From Felis catus (Eukaryota), in NCBI RefSeq assembly GCF_018350175.1, contig NC_058369.1, positions 10,728,001-10,788,000 on the forward strand: a stretch of DNA of 60,000 nucleotides. Direction: 5' to 3'. Of this stretch, positions 51,594 through 60,000 are shown piece by piece. Under the pieces are notes generated by a model that was not told the origin of the DNA, ran no database searches, and saw only the letters and a list, made by a program, of their open reading frames with translations. The position numbers and the translations under genes were made by a program. The stretch's first letter is position 1; each line of letters opens with the position of its first letter.

Positions 51594-52749
51594 CCATGAG
51601 CGGTTCTCAAAGCAGAGGTCCTGGAACCCATAGCTCCATAATGTGACCCTTAATATACAGACCAGATTATTACCCAACACATGAAGATAAGAAGGGGGCC
51701 CATTTCTATCCAAAGATTCTTCGGAAACAAAATCAATAAAGTGCAAGGGACGCTATGTGAAGGAGGGATTCCTTGTGCCGTGAAGTTTCATCAGTACCGG
51801 GGAGGCCACCTTGTTCCTCAACATTCCCTGCCACCATCTGTCACCACTCTTCCTCTTGCTCATTCCCCTCAACGCAATGGCTTTGGTTGACCATTGAATG
51901 ACCAATGAATATTGGCTTTTAAAACAACAAGCAAACCAACAAAAAGAAAGATGGTGACAGGGAGTGGGAGATACTGGCTTCCAGTTAAGGAACGAAGGAC
52001 ACACAGGACTAAAAGGCACAGCAAAGGGAATATAGTCAGTGATACTATGGCGGCTCCACGTGTGGTGAGCATGGTGTAATGTGTAAAACTGTTGGATTGT
52101 ACACCCCAAACTGCTATAACATGGTGCGTCAACCACCCTCAGGTTTTAAAAATTGATTAAAAAAAATGACTTTTCTCAGAGCCTCTGCTCTGGTCGTTCC
52201 CTCTAATTGGTGTACTTTTCCCCAGAGGACTTTGTGTCTCCTACTGTCTCCTTGAGGCCTCTGTTTAGATGTGTTTTGGTATGCCCAAATAACCAGTAAA
52301 AAGTAACGTCTCCACCCGCTCTTTCCTTTACACAGGCTTTGTTTTTCTTCATAGCACCTGTCACCTTCTCATATTTTATCCACTGTTTCATTTGCTTATC
52401 CTCTGTCTCCATCACTGAACCTTATACACTTTTATTTTTTTGACACCTGTACTCTTTGCCTGGAGATGAGTCAGTGCTCAAGGTTATTCCTCAAACGGGT
52501 GACAGAATTTCTCATTAAAACTATAGAATCCGTGAATATTAGCGGAAAAAGCTAATTGTGGGATGTGAATTCCTATTCAAAGCTGGCATGAGGGAGTCCC
52601 CAGAGGGGGCAAGTTCTATCCAAAAAACTATGGATATTGAATTTTTGAAAGAAAAATAAAAATTATAGAATTTCAATGATATTTGCAATGTTCATTGTTG
52701 AGAAACTCGGTCATGCTATTTTTTGTTCCCTGATAGTCCCCTCTAGCCC

Positions 52750-53682
52750 ATGGAACCAGGAAATGATTCACAAATTTCAGAATTTTTTCTTCTGGGACTA
52801 TCAAAGGAATCAGAGCTGCAACTCCTCATTTTTGGGCTTTTCCTCTCCATGTACCTGATCACTGTGTTTGGCAACCTGCTCATCCTCCTGGCCGTCAGCT
52901 CTGACTCCCACCTCCACACGCCCATGTACTTCTTCCTGGCCAACCTGTCCTTTGTAGACATCTGCCTCACCTCCACCACCGTCCCGAAGATGCTCTGGAA
53001 CATCCAGACCCAGAGCAAAGTCATAACCTATGCAGGCTGCATCACACAGATGTATTTTTTCCTACTCTTTGCTGGATTGGACAATTTTCTACTGTCTGTG
53101 ATGGCCTATGACCGGTTCGTGGCCATCTGTCAACCCTTGCACTACATGCTGATCATGAAACCCACCTACTGTGGGCTGCTTGTTCTGGTGTCCTGGATGA
53201 TGAGCACCCTGAACTCCTTATTACAAACCTTAATGATGTTGTGCCTGTCCTTCTGTACAGAGGTGGAAATCTCCCACTTTTTCTGTGAAATCAGTCAGGT
53301 GGTCCTGCTTGCCTGTTCTGATCCCTTTCTTAATGACATGCTGATGTATTTTGCAGCTGGATTGTTGGGTGGTGCTTCCCTAGCTGGGATCCTTTACTCT
53401 TATTCTAAGATAGTTTCTTTTGTATGTGGAATCTCATCATCTCAGGGCAAGTATAAGGCATTTTCCACCTGTGCGTCTCACCTCTCGGTTGTCTCCCTAT
53501 TTTATTGTACTGGCCTGGGAGTGTACCTTAGCTCTGCTGCTACCCAGAGCTCCCACTCGAGTGCAACAGCCTCAGTGATGTATGCAGTCGTCACGCCCAT
53601 GCTGAACCCCTTCATCTACAGCCTGAGGAACAAAGACATAAAGAGGGCTCTGAAGAGAATCGTTGGGGTTCCAGTGTTGTAA
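52750..53682 (+). CDS. Olfactory receptor OR-4, OR7A-like, intact 310 aa
   Basis: [12 protein letters not shown]...[10 protein letters not shown]...[10 protein letters not shown]...[12 protein letters not shown]; acceptor AG at 52735-52736. Confidence 0.96.
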   Translation: MEPGNDSQISEFFLLGLSKESELQLLIFGLFLSMYLITVFGNLLILLAVSSDSHLHTPMYFFLANLSFVDICLTSTTVPKMLWNIQTQSKVITYAGCITQMYFFLLFAGLDNFLLSVMAYDRFVAICQPLHYMLIMKPTYCGLLVLVSWMMSTLNSLLQTLMMLCLSFCTEVEISHFFCEISQVVLLACSDPFLNDMLMYFAAGLLGGASLAGILYSYSKIVSFVCGISSSQGKYKAFSTCASHLSVVSLFYCTGLGVYLSSAATQSSHSSATASVMYAVVTPMLNPFIYSLRNKDIKRALKRIVGVPVL

Positions 53683-53984
53683 AGGCCAATTGTCCTGGGG
53701 CTGTAGATATGCCATGATTGCAGGGCTCAAAGCATCAGAGCCAAGAACTGCTATTCTTTGATCAGACTGTGGGAGTAGAATCTGCCCCTTCTATTTATTT
53801 CTTGGAATTCCCATTTGTTTGATTTCAACTTCTCCATACATTTCAATAACTCACTTTATTAAGCTTCTGATCTGTCTGATATACGGTTTCTCCTTTGTCC
53901 ACTCTCATACGTTCCCAATGTTTTCCCAAATGTTGGATCACAAATGCCTGTACATTTCTGTATCTTACAATGGGCAAGTTGGAT

Positions 53985-54193
53985 TTTATTTTATTTCTTT
54001 CCAAGATTTTATTTAAATTTACATAGTTAGCATATAGTGTAGAATTGGTTTCAGTAGTATAGTTTAGTGATTCTTCACTTACCCAGTTCCCATCACAAGC
54101 CCCCTTCTTAATGCCTCTCACCCATTTAGTCCATCCCCTCACCCACCTCCCTTCCAGCAACCCTCAGTTTGTTCTCTATTGTTAAGAGTCTCT
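53985..54193 (-). mobile_element. L1 3'-end fragment
   Basis: 3'UTR motif AACCCTCAGTTTGTTCTC with T-rich tail. Confidence 0.75.
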
Positions 54194-54194
54194 T

Positions 54195-56107
54195 TATGAT
54201 AAAAATACTCAAGGACGTAGGGATAGAAGGAACATGGCTTAACATCATAAAAGCCGTATATGAAAGTCCCAGAGATAATATCATCCTCAATGAGGAAAAA
54301 TGGAGTGCTTTCCTAAGATCATGAACATGACAGGCATGCCACTCTCACCACTATAGTTCAATAGTACTTGAAGTCCTAGCCTCAGGATTCAGACAACAAA
54401 AAGAAATAAAAGGCATCCAATTTGGCAAGGAAGAAGTCAAACTTTCACTCTTTGCAGATCACATGATACTCTACATGGAAAACCTGACTCCACCAAAAAA
54501 ATGGCTAGAGCTGATACATGAATTCGATCAAGTCACAGGTTATAAAATCCATGTACAGGAATAGGTTGCATTTCTATACACCAGTAATGAAGCAGCATAA
54601 AGAGATATCAAAGAATTCATCCCATTTACAGTTGCACCAAAACACCCCAAGATACCTAGGAATAAACCTAACCAAAGAGGTGAAAAATTTATACACTGAA
54701 AACTATAGAAAGCTTATGAAAGAAATTGAAGAAGAACAAGAGAAATGGAAAAACATTCCACGTTCATGGATTGGAAGAGCAAATATTGTTAAAATATTGA
54801 TCCTACCCAAAGCAATCTACATATTTAATGCAATCTCCATCAAAATACCCCAGGATTCTTCACAGATCTAGAACAGACAATCCTAAAATCTGTATGGACC
54901 CAGAAAAGCCAAAACAATTCTGAAAAGAAAACCAAAGCTGGATGCATCACAATTCTGGACTTCAAGATGTATTTCAAAGCTGTAATCATCAAGACGGTAT
55001 GGTATTGGCACAAGAACAGACAAATCAACCAATGGAACAGAATAAAATACACAGAAATGAACCCACAAACGTATGGCCAACTAATCTTTGACAAAGCAGG
55101 AAATAATACCCAATGGAAAAAAGACAGTCTCTTCAGCAAATGGTGTTGGGAAAACTGGACCTCAACATACAGAAGAATGAACCTGGACCACTTTCTTACA
55201 CAAGAATACACAAGAATAAACTCATGAATAAACTTATTCATACACAAGAATAAACTCAAATGGATGAAAGACCTAAACTCCATCTAAATCCTAGAGGAGA
55301 AAACAAGCAACAACCTCTTTGACCTCAGCCACAGCAACTTCTCACTTGACATGTCTCCAGAGGCAAGGGAAATAAAAGCAAAAATGAACTTTTGGGATCT
55401 CATCAAGATAAAAAGCTTCTGCACAGTGAAGGAAATAATCAGTAAAACTACAAGGCAACTGAAGGAATGGGAGAAGATATGTGCAAATAACATATCAGAT
55501 AAAAGGTTAATATCAAAAATCTACAAATAACTTATCAAATTCAACACTCAAAAAAACAAACAATCCAGTGAAGCATTGACAAAAGAAATGAGTAGACATT
55601 TTTCCAAGAAAAACATCCAGATGTCTAATAGACACATGAAAAGATGTTCAACATCTCTCATAAGGAAAATATAAATCAAAACCACAATGAGTTACCACCT
55701 CACACCTGTCAGAAGGGCTAAAATTTAACAACTCATGAAACAACAGATGTTGGCAAGGATGCAGAAAAGTGGAACCCTTTTGCACTCCATTTGGGAATGC
55801 AAACCGGTGTAGGCACTCTGAAAACAGTATGGAGGTTCCACCAAAAAATAAAAATAGAACTACCCTACGGGGCAGCAATTGCACTACTAGCTAATTATCC
55901 AAGGGACACAGGAGTGGTGGTCGAAGGGTCACGTGTACTCCAATATTTATAGCAGCACTATCATCAATCCACAAAGAATGGAAACAGCCCAAATGTCCAT
56001 TGACTGATGAACTGATAAGGAAGAAGTGGTATATATATATATACATACATATATATATATATGTGTGTGTGTGTATCTATCTATCTATATATCTATATCT
56101 ATATCTA

Positions 56108-56142
<35 letters not shown>

Positions 56143-56805
56143 ATACACTGGAATATTACTCAGTGATCCATAAGAATCAAATCTTGCCATTTGCAACATG
56201 GATGGAACTAGAGTATTTTATGCTAAGCAAATCTGGTCAGTCAGAAAAAGGCAAATATCCTATAATTTCACTCCTACGTGGAATTTAAGAAACAAAACAG
56301 ATGATCATAGGAAAATGTAAGCAAAAATAAGATACAGAGATGGAGACAAGCCATAGAAGACTCTTAAAGACAGAAAACAACTGATGGTTACTGGAGGGGA
56401 GGTGGATGCAGGATGGGCTAGATGGGTGGTGGGTATTAAGGAGGCCACTGGTGATAAGCACTGGGTGTTATATGTAAGTGATGAATCATTAAATTCTATT
56501 CCTGGGGCGCCTGGGTGGCGCAGTCGGTTAAGCGTCCGACTTCAGCTCAGGTCACGATCTCGCGGTCCGTGAGTTCGAGCCCCGCGTGGGGCTCTGGGCT
56601 GATGGCTCAGAGCCTGGAGCCTGTTTCTGATTCTGTGTCTCCCTCTCTCTCTGCCCCTCCCCCGTTCATGCTCTGTCTCTCTCTGTCCCAAAAATAAATA
56701 AACGTTGAAAAAAAATTAAAAAAAAAATAAATTCTATTCCTGAAATCATTATTACACTATATGTTAACTAACTTGGTTGAATAAAAAAATAAATAAATAA
56801 AAGTA
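54195..56805 (+). mobile_element. 5'-truncated carnivore L1 with a (TA)/(TCTA)n tract and a nested SINE
   Basis: ORF2 fragments, 3'UTR and A-rich tail at ~56780-56805. Confidence 0.88.
56504..56727 (+). mobile_element. Young SINEC_Fc-type SINE
   Basis: GGGGCGCCTGGGTGGCGCAGTCGGTTAAGCG start; TSD TAAATTCTATTCCT around 56490-56503 and 56728-56741. Confidence 0.95.
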
Positions 56806-56809
56806 AAAA

Positions 56810-57306
56810 GAAATATGTAAATAACTCATACAACTAAACAGCCACAAAAAACAATGGGCAGAGAATCTGAATAGACATTTCTCTAAAGGAGACATCCAGA
56901 TGGCCAACAGACAAATGAAAATATGCTCAGCATTTCTCATCATCAAGGAAATGTAAATCAAAACCACAATTGAGATACCAACTCACACATGTCGGAAAGG
57001 CTAAAATAAAAAACACAACAAACAACAAATGCCGGTGACAATGTGGAGAAAAAGGTACCTTGCACACTTTGGGTCGGAATGCAAACTGGTGCAGCTGCTG
57101 TGGAAAACGGTGTGAAGGGGCCTCAAAATTTAAAAATAGGACTACCTTACGATCCAAGAATTCCACTACTGTTTCCAAAGAAAACAAAAATGCTAAATTG
57201 AAAAGATATACGCACCCCTATGTTTATTGCAGCATTCTTTACAATAGACAGGATATAGAAGCGACCTAAGTGTCTATCAATAAATGAATGGATAAGGAAA
57301 ATGTGG

Positions 57307-57339
<33 letters not shown>

Positions 57340-60000
57340 ATATTTATCGGATGTGTCATTCACAAACATCTTCTTCCATTCTTTGGGCAGCCTTTTAATT
57401 CTCTTGCTTGTTTTCTTCACTTTGCAGAAGATTTTTACTTTGGTGACGGTCCAATAGTTCATGTTTGCTTTTGCTTCCCTTGCCTCCTGCAACATGTCTA
57501 ATAAGAAGTTGCTAAATCCGAGGCCAAAGAAATAGCTACCTGTGTTCTCCTCCGGGATTTTGATGGTTTCCTGCCTCACGTTTAGGTCTTTTGTCCATTT
57601 GGAATTTATCTTTGTGTATGGCGTAAGCAAGTGATCCAGCTGACTTTGCCTGTTGCTACCTAATTTTCCGGCATCATTTTTGAAGAGACCTCCTTTTTTC
57701 CATTGGATATTCTTTCCTGCTTTGGTGAAGATTGCCCGTATCATTGTGGGTCCATTTCTGGGTTCTCTATTGTGTTTCATTGATCTGTGTGTCTGTTTTT
57801 GTGCCAGTACCATACTGTCTTGATGACTACAGCTTTGTAATACACCTAGAATTACCAAATGTTTTATAAATGTCAACTTTTAACCTGTATTAAAAATACA
57901 AAACTCCTAGTTGATTTGTCAAAAGAATTATGAATCCAAGGATTATTGTACCCATGGTTTTACAGCAAATGAACACATCTTTGCTTGGTGGAGAGGGAAT
58001 AGGTATTTTCTAGACTATCAGGAGTTGTGTTCTCACCACAACCCATGTTTTAAAGAACCAAGGGTCATAGTCAACACAGGTTCCTGAGCCACAGATTTGG
58101 AAAAAACTTTCACTCAGGTCTGTGAAAAGTTTCAATGTTAGAGCTCTGGAAGCCAGGAAAGTTCGAGGGGGAGTCATAAAAATCGGATATGCCTGAATTC
58201 TAACCTGTATCTTGGGAACAGAGAATCTACAGGAAAAATTCCATGCTGTCCAGATATGTTCCCATGGGGAGACGGGCTCAGGGGTTGGAGTAATAATGGG
58301 AAACGTGTCTAAGGAGTTGGTGCAGAGAACAGATACAGCAAACATAAGGAGCTAGAAATATTTCCTCTGCTGCAGATCCAGACATGTCTAACCCGAAGCT
58401 GGAGGAGACGTGGCTTTTGCATTTGGATTCTTAGCCTGGCTTGAATGCTTCACTCCTTCCTGTTCTGGGATTGCAGCTTCACTCTCGATCATCAACCAAC
58501 AGGAAGGAATTCAGACTTCCACCTGGAGACGTTCCTCTCACAGACCCCATCCAGGTGAGGCTCAGAGCTCAGCAGGTATTTCAGGAAAGGTTCAGAGAGA
58601 TTGGTAGCTGGAAGCTATTTAATAGACTATTTAATAGACTATCTAATAGTCTGTGAGAATTTTAAAAGGAACTACACCCACGAAGACTCAGGAGGGAGAA
58701 GACTCCTTGCTTCAGAAAGAGGAGATAGGATTTTCAGGATAGAGAAGAGGTGAAAAACTCCAAACGGACCCCGGGGGGGTGACTCCAAGCAGAGGGAAGC
58801 AGGGGTGTAGAGGCTCCGAGACCTGAGCCGGGCCTTCCGGGGAGGCTACAACTCAGGCTCGGTGTGTGTGAGATCGAAGGGGTGAGGCGGTGTGAGTGTA
58901 AAGCTGGTGGGTCGGTCAGGGGAGGCAAGCCAAGTGTTGGAAGGTATGGAATTGGGGGTTCATTCTCCAGGGGGGTCACTGGGAAGGGGTTAAGGTGGAC
59001 AGTCGTGTAATTGCAATATTAGAAAGACCTCTTGGGTAATTGTGACTATTGGCTAGAGAAGTGCCAGTCCATGATAGGTGGAGACAGGACAAGGAACTGA
59101 AATAAGGCGGTGGATTTGGGACCCAGAGGTGGGGAAGCGATGGGGACTTTGAGAGAAGAAAAAAAATCAGCCAAATCTCCTCACCAGTGGGAAGCACTCA
59201 TTATCCATTGAGGGAACTATGCTAAGTTCTTTATGGCGTATTCACTAAATCTGCCAACCACCTGAGCAGGATAGATACCTCTAGCCCTACTGTTTGGGGA
59301 AGGATATTAGCATTTACAATAGTTTGGCTGGGAAGGTGGGGGAAGAGAAGAGAGGGAAACAAACCACAGGAGATTCATAGGGGTAGAGAGCAAACTCAAG
59401 GTTGATGGAGGCAGGTGGGTGGGGATGGGCTAGATGGGTGGTGGGGATTAAGGAGGGCAATTGCTGCCATGAGCACTGGGTGTGGTAAGTGATGAATCAC
59501 TGAATTCTGCTCCTGAGACCAATATTACACTGTATGTTACCTGACGAGAGTTTACAGGGGGAAGAAAAAGAATAGTTTGGCTGGTTCTCCAAGTCCAAAT
59601 AGCAAACGTGTGGAGATCCCCGATTCAAAACCGGTTTCTGATTGTAAAAGTTTAGCATTTTATATCATTTAGAAAAGTTGTTCTTTAGCAAATAATTTTC
59701 TAAAACCCCCCACTTTTCTCGTACCCTGTGTATTTCCTTTTGTGAATTGTGGGTGTCTTCCCTTGTTATTCTGGTGGGATGTCTTGGTAACATGAAAACA
59801 TTCCTACTTTTTCTTTTGGATAAATTGCTTTTTGCCGCTTTATTATTCTGGGCATCAAGGAGATGTACCTGGGGTTGGGGTGTCGCCAGAACCAGGGTCA
59901 CTTTCTCGTCACCATCACCAGGGGCCACCTGAGATCATTAGATCTTTCTCCCCACTTTTCTTGCTCTCAGGTTTTGAATTTGATTTTTGTTTCTGTAAAT
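56810..60000 (+). repeat. Tandem segmental paralog of ~45445-51330 with a ~2.7 kb internal deletion
   Basis: Shared L1(+)/CA-repeat/L1(-) junction, promoter module and downstream intron sequence. Confidence 0.9.
57860..58560 (+). promoter_or_regulatory. Putative OR promoter and exon 1, copy D (for an OR beyond the window)
   Basis: TCCCATGGGG (58260-58269); donor CAG|GTGAGG at 58555. Confidence 0.65.

Noticed and set aside
56504..56580. tRNA gene
   Set aside because: tRNA-derived head of a CanSINE with (CT)n, A tail and TSD
1..60000. CRISPR array, rRNA or prokaryotic operon-like system
   Set aside because: No repeat-spacer array or such genes; the sequence is mammalian and explained by ORs, TEs and duplications

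Overview
Mammalian genomic DNA, most likely felid given the SINEC_Fc-type CanSINEs and L1_Fc-like LINEs. It is part of a class II olfactory receptor cluster of family OR7 (OR7A-like), heavily invaded by L1. There are four OR loci: OR-1 (+, 15575-16504; open frame, but the canonical ATG is ACG and a conserved Cys is lost), OR-2 (-, 24526-25463; frameshifted pseudogene), OR-3 (-, 34236-35168; intact) and OR-4 (+, 52750-53682; intact). Four paralogous promoter/non-coding exon-1 modules (O/E-like sites plus a splice donor) are visible; the fourth belongs to a tandem duplicate whose OR would lie beyond the window. The most unusual structures are: (1) a ~5.3 kb L1 palindrome with 2,419-bp near-identical arms in the predicted 5' intron of OR-1; (2) an ERV1-type solo LTR with a 4-bp TSD inside the 5'UTR of a full-length L1, co-oriented with an intact ORF1; (3) a 41-nt 5'UTR micro-exon candidate of equal length in two OR paralogs; (4) several multi-layer nested retrotransposon insertions with readable TSDs. 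All calls come from manual reading; no database searches were run.
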